Source: Nitrososphaerota archaeon (GTDB taxonomy: Archaea; Thermoproteota; EX4484-205; JAAOZP01). Taken from it: a stretch of DNA of 64,000 bases. Below the pieces are notes generated by a model. The model was not told the DNA's origin. It saw only the letters and a list, made by a program, of their open reading frames with translations, and ran no database searches. A program made the translations under genes and the position numbers. Position 1 is the first letter of the stretch, and each line of letters starts with the position of its first letter. The stretch covers positions 96,001-160,000 of the forward strand of contig JAAOZP010000004.1 of assembly GCA_011605725.1 (NCBI GenBank). Direction: 5' to 3'. Shown here piece after piece: positions 28,674 through 39,298 of this stretch.

Positions 28674-28781
28674 AAGGCTGGACAACCCTAAGTAGAGACT
28701 TTGAGAAGGTTTCAGGCATATGGTGCTAGGTGGAATACTGGAAGTTAAGCTTATAAATAAGGGTTGAGGCGACACTTCGAG

Positions 28782-29117
28782 ATGAGCTCTGAAATAACCA
28801 TAGATGATTTCAAAAAGGTTAAGATGGTTGTTGGAACAATAGTCTCAGCCGAGAAGGTTAAGGGTTCTGAAAAGCTTCTGAAGCTTCAGGTAAGCTTAGG
28901 AGGGAACATTGTGAAACAGTCGGTAGCAGGCCTGGGAACATTTTACACTCCGGAGCAGCTGGTGGGAAAACAATACGTTTTTGTGACTAATCTTAAGCCG
29001 GCAGTTATAATGGGCCAGGTTTCGGAAGTAATGGTTCTCGCTGCAGTCGAGAGCAAGAATAGGGTAGCACTGATATGCCCTGACAGCAAGATTTCAGACG
29101 GATCCCAAGTGACGTAG
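28782..29117 (+). CDS. tRNA-binding OB-fold protein (Trbp111/MetRS C-terminal-like)
   Basis: ITIDDFKKV, KLLKLQV, NLKP..MG..SE.M.LA. Confidence 0.9.
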   Translation: MSSEITIDDFKKVKMVVGTIVSAEKVKGSEKLLKLQVSLGGNIVKQSVAGLGTFYTPEQLVGKQYVFVTNLKPAVIMGQVSEVMVLAAVESKNRVALICPDSKISDGSQVT

Positions 29118-29118
29118 A

Positions 29119-30174
29119 CTAGGCTTTCAACACGCGGTAGCCAGCTGCTTTCCTAAGCCTGTTCTGTATAGCCATGCCTATGCCTTCTTCAGGAAAGCCT
29201 TCAGCAATTATAATGTCCGGGTTCATCCTGTCAAGGCTCCTCAGCGCCGAGTAGATTCTTCTCGCCACAAGGTCAAGCCTATTCCTTGGGGCCAGCACTT
29301 CCACTATGATTCCCCTAGGCAATCGTCTGGCAGTCTCCTCTGAAACCATGCATCCCACTTTTAAACCTGATTTAAGGTATTCCTCGACGGTTTCAATTAT
29401 TTTTTCAATCTTCCTCTCATAATCGTCTCCTTCCACAACAATCATATCCGCTCTTGGAGCATAATGCCTATACTTCATGCCGGGAGAAGCAGGAACTCCT
29501 TCGAGGACACCGGACAATATGGAAGGATGCACTTCAACATCGCCAAGGTATTTTCTTAGGATATCGAGAGGAATCGGGCCAGGCCTGAGTATGACACACC
29601 TGTCCTCAGACACTTGGATGACAGTCGATTCAACCCCTATGAATGTTTCGCCAGCGTCAATTATCATGTCTATCGAGCCGTTTAAATCCTCATACACGTC
29701 TCTAGCGTTAGTCGGACTAGGCCTGCCTGAAAGATTAGCGCTGGGAGCAGCTATTGGAGAACCCAAGTGTTCGATCAACCCTAACGCAACATTGTGAGCA
29801 GGCATTCTTACAGCAACCGTTTCAAGACCAGCTGACACGGCTGAGGGAACCTTCTGAGATTTAGGAACAACTATTGTCAACGGGCCTGGCCAGAGTTCCC
29901 TGATAAGTTTCTCAGCTTTCTTTGGGACGCTGGTTGAAACCTCGTTAAGCATCTCCATGCTCGAGATATGCACTATAACAGGGTTGTCTGGAGGCCTTTT
30001 CTTGGCGGCAAATATCTTTAGAACAGCATTCTGGTTGAAAGCGTCAGCCCCAAGCCCGTAGACTGTTTCCGTTGGGAAGGCTACGAGCCCGCCTGACTTA
30101 AGAACTGCAGCTGCCTCCTGAAGCACCTTTTTGGAGGGACGATGCTTATCCGTCTTAAGAATCCTTGTCAACAA
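29119..30174 (-). CDS. sua5: Threonylcarbamoyl-AMP synthase Sua5
   Basis: AFPTETVYGLGA, KKRP.DNP, APSAN.SGRPSPT, PGMKYRHYAP. Confidence 0.97.
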   Translation of the reverse strand: MLTRILKTDKHRPSKKVLQEAAAVLKSGGLVAFPTETVYGLGADAFNQNAVLKIFAAKKRPPDNPVIVHISSMEMLNEVSTSVPKKAEKLIRELWPGPLTIVVPKSQKVPSAVSAGLETVAVRMPAHNVALGLIEHLGSPIAAPSANLSGRPSPTNARDVYEDLNGSIDMIIDAGETFIGVESTVIQVSEDRCVILRPGPIPLDILRKYLGDVEVHPSILSGVLEGVPASPGMKYRHYAPRADMIVVEGDDYERKIEKIIETVEEYLKSGLKVGCMVSEETARRLPRGIIVEVLAPRNRLDLVARRIYSALRSLDRMNPDIIIAEGFPEEGIGMAIQNRLRKAAGYRVLKA

Positions 30175-30292
30175 CCAGCACTATACGTATAGGTAAGCCG
30201 GTTAATAACGTTTTTCACTAAACTTTTCCTGAAAGCTCTTGAAGACGAGAACAGGAAGGAATAATAAGTGGTAAACAGGTATTTAGCTGTAA

Positions 30293-30838
30293 ATGCGTGT
30301 CGAGATTGTTAGCCTTACGGATGAAAACTTAGCTGAAGCCCCGGAACGGGGGGAGCATCCTTTCAGCTGCAAGTATTGTCTATACTGGGAGCTTGAAGAG
30401 TTTTCCGACTCTTCTAGGGAAAGCAGGGGAGACATGCTGGCTAGGAAGCTCAACTGGCTGAGAAGAGTTGGAAAAACGTTTGGCGAATGCGGAAAGATAG
30501 TTTATGTAGATGGAAAACCAGTGGGCTACGCGCAGTATGCTCCTCCCAGCATGCTTCCTCTCTCAGCCAAGTACCCATCTGGACCGCCCAGTGGGGACGC
30601 GGTGTTGATCTCATGCCTTTTCATCGCTCAGAAGGAATACAGGAGGCGTGGGCTCGGAAAACAGCTTTTGCAAACCATAATTGAAGATTTGAGAAAGAAG
30701 GGAGTCAAGGCTGTTGAAACCTTTGCTGGAAAGAATAATCCTAGCAACCCGTCTGGACCGGTGGAGTTTTACCTTAAAAACGGGTTTAAGATTCACAGGG
30801 ATGACTCGGAGTACCCATTGATGAGGCTCGAACTATAG
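30293..30838 (+). CDS. GNAT acetyltransferase
   Basis: VGYAQYAP, ISCLFI...RRRGLG, FYLKNGF. Confidence 0.85.
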   Translation: MRVEIVSLTDENLAEAPERGEHPFSCKYCLYWELEEFSDSSRESRGDMLARKLNWLRRVGKTFGECGKIVYVDGKPVGYAQYAPPSMLPLSAKYPSGPPSGDAVLISCLFIAQKEYRRRGLGKQLLQTIIEDLRKKGVKAVETFAGKNNPSNPSGPVEFYLKNGFKIHRDDSEYPLMRLEL

Positions 30839-30992
30839 TGTGAAAGGCGTTTCCCACGAGGATAATTAACCATTTTCAACTCCAGCATGTTGAGACTTTT
30901 CAGGGCAGGCAGGGTTTTTAGAGCGCGCGCGCTTTAAAAGGCTTATGTTTAAATTCAGCTTTAAAGCCAACAACGTAGCCGGCGTAAACCGA

Positions 30993-31199
30993 ATGAGGGT
31001 AAAAGTATTCGTACAGAGGCTTCGCGAAACAAGGGTTATAGACTTAAAGGAGGACAGTAGGATTGAAGACCTTCTTAAAATGCTGAGGATAAGTGCTTCT
31101 GAAGTGGTTCCGGTTAGGAACGGGGTTATAGTTACTGAGAAGGAGCTTCTGAAAGACGGAGACGAGGTTAGGCTTCTAAGTGTTGTATCAGGCGGTTGA
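30993..31199 (+). CDS. ttuB: Ubiquitin-like sulfur carrier (TtuB/SAMP, ThiS/MoaD family)
   Basis: RNG..V...LKDGDEV, C-terminal SGG; directly upstream of ttuA. Confidence 0.85.
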   Translation: MRVKVFVQRLRETRVIDLKEDSRIEDLLKMLRISASEVVPVRNGVIVTEKELLKDGDEVRLLSVVSGG

Positions 31200-31202
31200 A
31201 GT

Positions 31203-32138
31203 ATGGTTTGTGAAGACTGTGAGAAAAAGGCTGTCTACATTTCTTTAAGCGGGAGAGGACTCTGCAGCAAACATTTTAAAAAGTATTTTGAGACGAAAGT
31301 AATACGGACAATTAAGAAGCATGGCTTAATCGAATACGGGGAAAGAGTCCTCGTAGCCTGCTCAGGAGGTAAGGATAGTACAGCCCTGCTAAGCCTCCTC
31401 TGGAGGCTTATGAGGAATAAGCGTGAAAACATCGCTGCGATAGCTATCGACGAGGGTATAAGCGGCTACAGGGATGTGAAGCTTAAAGGGCTGGTTGAAT
31501 TCTGCAGGGAGAACAATATACCTTTACATACTTACTCGTTTAAGGAGCAGTATGGCTTCACACTAGACGAGGCTGTTAAAATATCCAGGGAGAACAGGCT
31601 TAAAATAAAGCCTTGCTATATTTGCGGAGTCCTAAGAAGGAGCCTGATAAACACTTATGCGAGGAGGCTCGGCTTCTCTAAGGTTGCGACTGGCCACAAT
31701 CTGGACGATGAGGCTCAGACAATCCTCATGAACTATCTCAGGGGAAACCCGTCGCTCCTAGCTAGGCTCGGCCCAAAGACGGGTATTGTTGAAGACGAGG
31801 GCTTCGTCCAGAGGGTTAAACCATTCTACTTCTGCACGGAGAAAGAGGACACTATTTACGCGCTCCTAACCGGTATTGAAGTAGACTTTGTAGAATGCCC
31901 CTACCATGTTGAAAACTACAGGCTTGAGATAAGGGATTTTCTGAACAGGCTTGACTCAACCGTTCCCGGGGTTAAGCATGGCCTCGTAAACAATTTCCTC
32001 AAGATGCTTCCACTTTTAAAGAGGGAATACTCGTCCCGCAGCCTGGGGCACTGCAGAGTCTGCGGAAACCCTGCGGCGCGAGAAGTCTGTAGAGCATGCA
32101 TGATAGTGGAGAAAATAAAGCCATTTCTAAGGGGTTAG
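31203..32138 (+). CDS. ttuA: tRNA 2-thiolation enzyme TtuA/NcsA
   Basis: N- and C-terminal Zn fingers, SGGKDS PP-loop, CYICG, TGHNLDD, CPY. Confidence 0.92.
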   Translation: MVCEDCEKKAVYISLSGRGLCSKHFKKYFETKVIRTIKKHGLIEYGERVLVACSGGKDSTALLSLLWRLMRNKRENIAAIAIDEGISGYRDVKLKGLVEFCRENNIPLHTYSFKEQYGFTLDEAVKISRENRLKIKPCYICGVLRRSLINTYARRLGFSKVATGHNLDDEAQTILMNYLRGNPSLLARLGPKTGIVEDEGFVQRVKPFYFCTEKEDTIYALLTGIEVDFVECPYHVENYRLEIRDFLNRLDSTVPGVKHGLVNNFLKMLPLLKREYSSRSLGHCRVCGNPAAREVCRACMIVEKIKPFLRG

Positions 32139-32142
32139 AACC

Positions 32143-32421
32143 ATGAATCATAGTGTAAACAGGTCGCCGTTCATCTTCCCGGAGACCAGGCTTAGGCTCG
32201 CCTCCCTACTAAGAATAAACGGTTTCCACGTGAGAATGCATGGGTACGAGTACCTAGTTTCCTACGGCAACGCGTTCCTATGCCTAATACTTCTCCAACC
32301 CTTTGAGGCCACTGTTTTAATCAGGGTTTTCAAATGGATAGAAGAGTCCAGTATGCTGGTTGAGAAAATAGTCGGACTTGTTAAGACCCTGGACAAGACG
32401 TCTAGAGTAATCACCTATTAG
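32143..32421 (+). CDS. Hypothetical protein
   Basis: Operonic ORF immediately after ttuA. Confidence 0.6.
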   Translation: MNHSVNRSPFIFPETRLRLASLLRINGFHVRMHGYEYLVSYGNAFLCLILLQPFEATVLIRVFKWIEESSMLVEKIVGLVKTLDKTSRVITY

Positions 32422-32462
32422 ACTGGCAAGCTTTTTAAAACCCTTCAGACTCTAGGCCCCGT

Positions 32463-33896
32463 ATGCAGCGCTTAGAGAAGCCGATGCTTCTAGACACCAC
32501 GTTGAGAGAGGGTCTCCAGACTCCCGGAGTATACTTCACGCTTGAGGAGAGAGTCACGATAATGAGGGAGCTCGACAAGTCTGGTATAGATCTTATTGAA
32601 ATAGGGTCCCCCTATACTGGCGAGGGTGAGAGAAGAATCGTGTCTGAGCTGAGCCGGATTGAGACGAGAGCCCTTAAAGCAGCTCATTGTAGAGCTTTAG
32701 AATCGGATGTTGATACTGTTCCAGACGGTGTTGACTGGGTTGCTCTCTACCTATCCCCTGCCGACAGGCATCTGGAAGCGAAGTTTGAAAAAATAGTCGA
32801 CAAGAGAGGGTTCGTTCTTACACAGGTTCCGAAAGCCATCAAGTATGCGAAGAGCAAGGGTTACAGAGTAAGGTATACGGCTGAGGATGCTTTCAGAGCA
32901 GACCCAGTATTCCTCAAACAGGTTGTTGAGAAAGCTATTGAGGCGGGTGCTGACTCCATTAGTCTACCTGATACTTCAGGAGGAGCCTCGCCTACCGATG
33001 TTAGAAGGGTTTACGGAGAGATAAACAGGCTTATAAAGAATAGAAACAACCATAGCCTAATAGAGGCTCATTTTCACAACGACATGGGTATGGCTCTTGC
33101 GAACACCATAGAAGCCTGGATGAGCGGGGCGACGATACTCCACGGATCCATGAACTGGCTTGGAGAACGAGCAGGGATACCGGACACGCTCATCCTAGCT
33201 ACATGGATGAAAATCAGATACGGATATGAGTATGACTTGGCCAGCCTGATGAGACTTGCAGAATACGTGGAGAAAGTTTCGGGGATCAACATACCTCCGA
33301 ACAATCCTGTTTCTGGGAAAAACGTCTTCACGCATACTGCAGGCACCCATCAGAAAGCCGCTTTCAGAGACCCATTAACATACCAGCCTTTTGACGCGAG
33401 CATTGTGGGCAGGGAGAGCAGCTTCGCCCTTGGACCCATGGTTGGAAGCGAGGGTGTTAAGGCAGCCTTGAAGAAGAGGGGTGTTGAAATCGAGAAGCTT
33501 GAGGAGAGCGTGTTCGAAGAGATAAGGGATAGAGTTAAGTCAGCATATCTTCTGCACGGTAGAGGAGCCTCAGCCATGGAGAACATAATTATAGCTGAAG
33601 TGTTGAACAGAACTGGAGTAGCTAGAATAACTCTTCCGGAGAGCATTTCAGCGCAAATACTCATAGATGTTGAGAGCATGGGGGACAAGGATTTCGAGGA
33701 TTTCTGCAGGAAGCTGCTTGCGAGAGACAAAGGGGTTAGAGAGATAGTTGAAATATGGGGCTCATCCTTCGATTACATGGCCATGGTTGACAGGGTTTCA
33801 AGTCTGAAGGAGCTTGACAATATTGTTAACAGTTTTAGAAAGGCTAAGGGAGTTTTGAAAACAGAAACCCTGATAACAGGCAAGAAGATAGAATAA
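32463..33896 (+). CDS. Homocitrate synthase-like enzyme with C-terminal RAM (Lrp ligand-binding) domain
   Basis: DTTLREGLQTPG, TAEDAFR, HFHNDMG, LGERAG, HTAGTH; C-terminal EIWGSSFDY...GVLKTETL. Confidence 0.82.
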   Translation: MQRLEKPMLLDTTLREGLQTPGVYFTLEERVTIMRELDKSGIDLIEIGSPYTGEGERRIVSELSRIETRALKAAHCRALESDVDTVPDGVDWVALYLSPADRHLEAKFEKIVDKRGFVLTQVPKAIKYAKSKGYRVRYTAEDAFRADPVFLKQVVEKAIEAGADSISLPDTSGGASPTDVRRVYGEINRLIKNRNNHSLIEAHFHNDMGMALANTIEAWMSGATILHGSMNWLGERAGIPDTLILATWMKIRYGYEYDLASLMRLAEYVEKVSGINIPPNNPVSGKNVFTHTAGTHQKAAFRDPLTYQPFDASIVGRESSFALGPMVGSEGVKAALKKRGVEIEKLEESVFEEIRDRVKSAYLLHGRGASAMENIIIAEVLNRTGVARITLPESISAQILIDVESMGDKDFEDFCRKLLARDKGVREIVEIWGSSFDYMAMVDRVSSLKELDNIVNSFRKAKGVLKTETLITGKKIE

Positions 33897-34015
33897 TGCT
33901 TAAAACCAGAATCATCGATATTACTGCAAAGGTTTTAAGTAAGTATCTCCATAAGGTCTAGCGCGCTAGTTTTTTATGAAAAAGGTTAAATCAAGCATCC
34001 GTCTGGTTTTCCCTT

Positions 34016-34516
34016 ATGCTGATAGGTTTGATAAGCGATACGCATGATCACTTGACGATGATCGAGAGAGCAGTGGCTTTCTTCAACGATAAGAAGGTGA
34101 GCATCGTGCTTCACGCGGGGGATGTTATAAGCCCGTTCACCGCTAGGAAGTTTAAGGACTGCAGGTCGAGGCTCATACTTGTATATGGGAATAACGATGG
34201 CGATAGAGGTAATCTTCAAAGAGCTTTTTCTGAAATAGGTGCTCAGTTCTACTGGCCGGCCGCGATGCTAGAGTTGGATGGAAAGAAGATTCTTGTTCTC
34301 CATGGCGAAGACACGAGACTTATCGAGGATATAGCTAGTCGAGGAATGTTTGACCTCATCGTCTCCGGTCACACGCATGAGCCGCATGTGAGAAGCATTG
34401 GAAATACGCTCTGGGTTAATCCAGGTGAAGCATGCGGCTACTTAACGAACAGGCCGACAGTAGGGCTATACGATTCCATGAAGCATAGAGCAGAAATAAT
34501 AGAGTTAAAGGGTTAA
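34016..34516 (+). CDS. YfcE/MJ0936-family metallophosphoesterase
   Basis: SDTHD, HAGD, GNND, GHTH, NPGE. Confidence 0.92.
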   Translation: MLIGLISDTHDHLTMIERAVAFFNDKKVSIVLHAGDVISPFTARKFKDCRSRLILVYGNNDGDRGNLQRAFSEIGAQFYWPAAMLELDGKKILVLHGEDTRLIEDIASRGMFDLIVSGHTHEPHVRSIGNTLWVNPGEACGYLTNRPTVGLYDSMKHRAEIIELKG

Positions 34517-34700
34517 AAATAAAATGCCGTTACAGCGTTTATAAAAATGTTCCACCATTAAGATTAGGGATGGAAGTGGCAGTCAATATTACAAACAGCC
34601 AGAATTCAGCTGCGCGCGCTATTCGTCACGAATACACGGTGGAATCAGGAAACCGTTAGGTTAAATTTTATATATGGAGCACTTATGGAAAGGCTGAGAA

Positions 34701-35963
34701 TTGGGTGAAACACTGATTCAGAAACTATTCAGAAACAAGCTTGGGAAAACGGTAAAGCCTGGGGAAATAGTAGTTGTAGACATCGATCTTGCTTATGCTC
34801 ATGACGGTACCGGCCCGCTCGCCATAGACGCTTTCCGTGAATTAGGCTCCAGCAAGGTGCTGGACCACTCCAGAATAAGGTTCGTCATAGACCATGCTTC
34901 ACCAAGTCCCAATGAGGGTGCTTCAAACCTACAACTTAAGCTCAGAGGCTTCGCAAGGGAGAATAGCATCAAAGTTTATGATGTTGGAGAAGGAATATGC
35001 CACCAAGTAATACCTGAGAACGAGGCTCTGAAACCGGGAATGATGATAGTGGGAGCGGATTCTCATACCGTCACGCTGGGAGCTTTCAGTCTTTTCGCGA
35101 CAGGAATAGGTTCGACAGACTTCGCTGAAGTAATGAGCTCGGGGAAACTGTGGTTCAAGATCCCGGAGGCCATGAAAGTCTCTTTAACCGGGAGATTGAG
35201 CCCGGGCGTTATGTCTAAAGACCTTATCCTGAGGATAATAGGAGACATGGGTGCTGACGGAGCCACCTACATGAGCGTTGAATTCCAAGGGGACGGGGTG
35301 AAAACGCTTTCAATGGCGAGCAGAATGACTGTTTGCAACATGGTTGTTGAAATGGGGGCTAAGAACGGCATCTTCCCGTTAGACGAGGTTACTGCAAGGC
35401 ATGTGGATACGAGCGGTTTAAGAGACAAGAGTATCTTCAAGCCTGATGAAAATGCTGAATACGCCATAAGCCTCAACTACAAGCTTGACGAGCTTGAGCC
35501 AGTAGTGGCGGCACCCCATAACGTTGACAATGTTAAACCAGTTAAGGAGCTTGAAGGACTAGAGGTCAACCAAGTCTTCATTGGCTCATGCACGAATGGT
35601 AGAGAAGAAGATTTTGAAATAGCTGCTAAAATACTTTCGAAGAAGGGTGTAAAGAAAGGAGTTAGATGCATAGCGATACCGGCCTCTAGGAAAGTGTTTC
35701 TAAACCTTCTCAAGAAAAGCATTATAGACAAGCTTGTTTCAGCAGGGTGCACAGTGACTCACAGCACGTGTGGACCATGCTTAGGAGTGCATTTCGGAAT
35801 ACTTGGCTCAGGGGAAGTTGCTGTCTCAACATCCAACAGGAATTTCAGGGGTAGAATGGGCAACCCTGAGTCAAGCATATACTTGGCGAGCCCAGCTACT
35901 GCAGCGGCTTCAGCCGTAGAAGGAGTCATAACAGACCCTAGAAAGCTTTTGGGAGGAGGGTGA
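34701..35963 (+). CDS. Isopropylmalate dehydratase/homoaconitase large subunit (LeuC/HacA)
   Basis: DH..P, GICHQ, GADSHT, GSCTNGR, CGPCLG, SNRNF.GRMG. Confidence 0.93.
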   Translation: MGETLIQKLFRNKLGKTVKPGEIVVVDIDLAYAHDGTGPLAIDAFRELGSSKVLDHSRIRFVIDHASPSPNEGASNLQLKLRGFARENSIKVYDVGEGICHQVIPENEALKPGMMIVGADSHTVTLGAFSLFATGIGSTDFAEVMSSGKLWFKIPEAMKVSLTGRLSPGVMSKDLILRIIGDMGADGATYMSVEFQGDGVKTLSMASRMTVCNMVVEMGAKNGIFPLDEVTARHVDTSGLRDKSIFKPDENAEYAISLNYKLDELEPVVAAPHNVDNVKPVKELEGLEVNQVFIGSCTNGREEDFEIAAKILSKKGVKKGVRCIAIPASRKVFLNLLKKSIIDKLVSAGCTVTHSTCGPCLGVHFGILGSGEVAVSTSNRNFRGRMGNPESSIYLASPATAAASAVEGVITDPRKLLGGG

Positions 35964-35967
35964 GAGA

Positions 35968-36462
35968 ATGATCTTGAAAGGGAGGGTCTGGGTCCTCGGA
36001 GACCATATCAATACTGATGTGATAATACCTGCGAAATACAAGTTTAGGACCGGAGACTTCAAGGAGCTTGCGAAACATGTTTTCGAAGACCTTGACCCCA
36101 CGCTGGCTTCAAAAATATCTAAGGGGGACATCATTATAGCCGGCAGAAATTTTGGAATGGGTTCCAGTAGAGAGCATGCCCCGAGAGTAATTAAGGAGGC
36201 AGGGATATCAGCCATAGTAGCATGCTCCTTCGCCAGAATATTCTTCAGAAACGCGATAAATGTTGGGCTCCCCGTCGTAGAAGTTAAAGACATTAATAAA
36301 AATTTTAAACAGGGGGATATAGCCCTCATAGACTTCGAGAAAGGAGTTGTTAGGAACGAAACTACGGGCGTTGAGCTGAAATTCTCACCATACCCGGAAT
36401 TCATAATGAACATGATGAAGGCAGGAGGGCTTGCTGCATACAGGAAAAGCCTTAAAGCCTAA
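35968..36462 (+). CDS. Isopropylmalate dehydratase/homoaconitase small subunit (LeuD/HacB)
   Basis: NTDVIIP, NFG.GSSREHA, SFARIFFRN. Confidence 0.93.
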   Translation: MILKGRVWVLGDHINTDVIIPAKYKFRTGDFKELAKHVFEDLDPTLASKISKGDIIIAGRNFGMGSSREHAPRVIKEAGISAIVACSFARIFFRNAINVGLPVVEVKDINKNFKQGDIALIDFEKGVVRNETTGVELKFSPYPEFIMNMMKAGGLAAYRKSLKA

Positions 36463-36795
36463 ATATGCCTTAAAAACCTGCTTGAAAATCAGAGTCAATG
36501 CTCCTTGACCACTAGTCGAGGAAGCAAGAAATAAATACGATATTCCTAAGCTAAGTAATCATGGCAAATACGAATTCAAACGAGGTTTTAGCGCGCGCGC
36601 CATGTGGATCGTTTACTACTTATACTGGACAATAGTTCGCAGAAAAGCCTTCTTAAGGTATGGAGCAAGAAACGGGGGAGAAAAACGGGTTTAGGACGGA
36701 AAAATTTAGTATATATTTTTAGCTGAAATCTTATTTTAATTCACAATAACTAACCAATAGATTTACAAGCCCGAGTCGCATAGAAAGTTAGTGTC

Positions 36796-37836
36796 CTATT
36801 TCCTAAGTTTTTCCACAGACTTTCTGGCTATTTCCTCAGCCATCTGCTGCGTTGTGGCTGAGCCTCCGAGGTCGTATGTTACAATCCTGTTTTCAGCTAT
36901 GACCTCCTCGGTTGCTTCGAAAACCGCTTTGGAAAGGTCTTTCTCTCCAAGGTAGTCGAGCATCCATGCTCCTGCAAGGATCATTGCAGTTGGGTTAACC
37001 TTGTTCAACCCCTTGTACTTTGGCGCGCTCCCGTGCGCTGGCTCAAACATCGCGTAATCGTCTCCGAAGTTGGCTGAGTATACTAGCCCTATGTTCCCGA
37101 TTAGTGCTGAAGCCTCTTCGGTTAGAATATCCATGAAAAGGTTTGTGCCCAAGATAACGTTCTGGTTGAACCTCTGTGGGTTCTTAATCAATTGCTGGGC
37201 AAAATTGTCTACGAAATAGTTTTCAACTTCTATTCCAGGGTATTCTCCACCAATCCTCATTACTGCAGGAATGAAGATACCTCCGTCGGTAAGCTTCAGT
37301 ATGTTAGCCTTATTAATGACTATGACTTTCCTCCATCCCCTCGCCTTAGCCTGTTCGAAAGCGAATCTAGCAACCTTCTCTGAGGCAGTTCTAGATATTT
37401 TTCTTAAAGCTATCCCTATGTCGTCTGAAACCATGAACTCAATGCCCGCGTAGAGCCCTTCAGTGCCTTCCCTGACGAAAAGCATGTCTACTGGGCCGAG
37501 TGGCCCCTCTCGCCCCCTGAAGGTTTTAATCGGCCTCACGTTAGCGTAAAGGTTGAAGGCCTGCCTTATGGTGACTGCAACACTCTTAGGAGTATGCGGG
37601 TCCGGCAGTGTTGTAACCGGCGCCTTGTAGCAAGCATCGCTCTCCCTGAGGGCTTCCCATGTTTCCTCCGGGAAATAGGTTGGTCCACCGTGCTGCTGCC
37701 ACCATTCTGACCCAGCGTCCCTAACGAGGAACTCTAAGCGTTCCGTCGCCCCGATTGCGTTCATAACTTTCATAGCTGCCTCAGTCAGCTCTGGACCAGT
37801 GCCGTCGCCCCTGATCACGACAACCTTCTTAACCAA
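36796..37836 (-). CDS. Isocitrate/isopropylmalate/homoisocitrate dehydrogenase family
   Basis: [41 protein letters not shown]. Confidence 0.93.
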   Translation of the reverse strand: MVKKVVVIRGDGTGPELTEAAMKVMNAIGATERLEFLVRDAGSEWWQQHGGPTYFPEETWEALRESDACYKAPVTTLPDPHTPKSVAVTIRQAFNLYANVRPIKTFRGREGPLGPVDMLFVREGTEGLYAGIEFMVSDDIGIALRKISRTASEKVARFAFEQAKARGWRKVIVINKANILKLTDGGIFIPAVMRIGGEYPGIEVENYFVDNFAQQLIKNPQRFNQNVILGTNLFMDILTEEASALIGNIGLVYSANFGDDYAMFEPAHGSAPKYKGLNKVNPTAMILAGAWMLDYLGEKDLSKAVFEATEEVIAENRIVTYDLGGSATTQQMAEEIARKSVEKLRK

Positions 37837-37898
37837 GCGAGGATCCCATAGGTTTGAAAAACACCAGTATAAAAACTTATTATGTCTCCAGCCTAACT

Positions 37899-38417
37899 CT
37901 AGTATACTCCAGGCCTCTCAGACACGCTTATGTTTTCGAACATGAATCTCCCCCTGTAGAGCTGCGAAGAATCCTCCAGGCTTAACAGTATGAGTTGAGC
38001 AACCCTCGCCTCTTCCGCAATCCTAATGCCCTGTCTGTTGAACACAACCATCAGCCCCATACCTCTACCCCTGTAACCCGGATCCCAGACAGCAGTATAA
38101 ATGGTTGCACCATTCCTGAGAAGACTTGACCTTGGAAGGAGAAGACCCAAGTATCCTGCCGGAATATTTACGATCTCGTGATAAGTCACCCTATAGCTTC
38201 CCTGCGGCAGCTCGTAGAAACCACTGTTCGGAAGTATGTTAAGACCCTTTGGGAACCTTGGTTCAGCACTTATCTCGCCTGTTTCAACGAGAACCTCTAT
38301 TTTCTCCAGCGTAAGGTCAACGCCGGCTGGCTGAACCTGCTCCTCAACGCTTCTTAAACCCTCTACAACACCCATCTCAACCATTCTTCTACCGGATAAG
38401 GCTGGCATTAGGATCAT
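37899..38417 (-). CDS. Archaeal trimeric dUTPase/dCTP deaminase family
   Basis: QPAGVDL, PRSSL.RNG, AVWDPGYRG, AQL, Y.G; start uncertain. Confidence 0.88.
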   Translation of the reverse strand: MILMPALSGRRMVEMGVVEGLRSVEEQVQPAGVDLTLEKIEVLVETGEISAEPRFPKGLNILPNSGFYELPQGSYRVTYHEIVNIPAGYLGLLLPRSSLLRNGATIYTAVWDPGYRGRGMGLMVVFNRQGIRIAEEARVAQLILLSLEDSSQLYRGRFMFENISVSERPGVY

Positions 38418-39246
38418 CCTCCGTTGAAACCCTGTAGCCTGCTCCTACGGCTACAGCATACTCAGGCAGCTTAGGCACTATGGGTTGGACTCCGAAGCTT
38501 GAAAGAGCCTTCTGAATACTTTTCAGGACGGGCGGCAGTTTCGCAACCCTCCCGACTAGGATAACTTTATCCTCGAGCTGAAGCTTAGAGGCAGCTAGAA
38601 ACGTGACTGAAGCCACTACTTCCCCAACCAGGTTAGCTATTCCAGCAGCCAGGTCCTCAGGGCTGGAAGTGTCTCCAACCCTTCCCAGGTTGGAGGCAGT
38701 CATCTCAGGAGAGAGTATACCTATCCCGTTGCCAACTATGTCTCCTACAGTCAGGTCGACTTTTCTAGAGTCTCCCTTCTCAGCCATCTCCACTAGAATG
38801 CTTACGCTCGAGATCCCCAGCATCTTCCTCGCCAGCCCAAGCAGAGTACCCCCGCCGACGCCGGTTCCGCCGACATGTCTTATCCTTTTCCCGTTTTCCC
38901 TAACCTCTATCAGGGCCGTGCCAGTACCCATGCTTACAACCAGGGCTTCATTCAACCCGGTTAAGACTATCCCACCCGTGCCCGCGGCGATGATCTCGTT
39001 AACCTTAACCACCTTCAGTCCGAGAATGCTGTCTGGAAGCTGACTGCTCCTGCCGCCAGCTATCGCTAACACTCCAACATCCTTCAGGGAGCAGCCCATC
39101 ATAACTATAAGCTTCCCGAGGAGCCCTATGGAGGTGGCGAGTGGATCTGAAGACGGCATTTCGCTAACGCCGAGAACCTCCTTGCCTTTCAAGGCAACGG
39201 CCTTCGTCGTCGAACCTCCGATATCTATTCCAACAGCGATCCTCAA
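38389..39246 (-). CDS. Type II pantothenate kinase-like (Fumble/CoaW family)
   Basis: GIDIGGSTTK, VNEI.A, VSMGTGT, GGTGVGGGT, KGD..VDL.VGDI, TASN.G. Confidence 0.82.
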   Translation of the reverse strand: MRIAVGIDIGGSTTKAVALKGKEVLGVSEMPSSDPLATSIGLLGKLIVMMGCSLKDVGVLAIAGGRSSQLPDSILGLKVVKVNEIIAAGTGGIVLTGLNEALVVSMGTGTALIEVRENGKRIRHVGGTGVGGGTLLGLARKMLGISSVSILVEMAEKGDSRKVDLTVGDIVGNGIGILSPEMTASNLGRVGDTSSPEDLAAGIANLVGEVVASVTFLAASKLQLEDKVILVGRVAKLPPVLKSIQKALSSFGVQPIVPKLPEYAVAVGAGYRVSTEDDPNASLIR

Positions 39247-39298
39247 CCTTATACTAACAGTGTGAAGACAGTTTTAACCTTTTACAGCAACCTGTTTA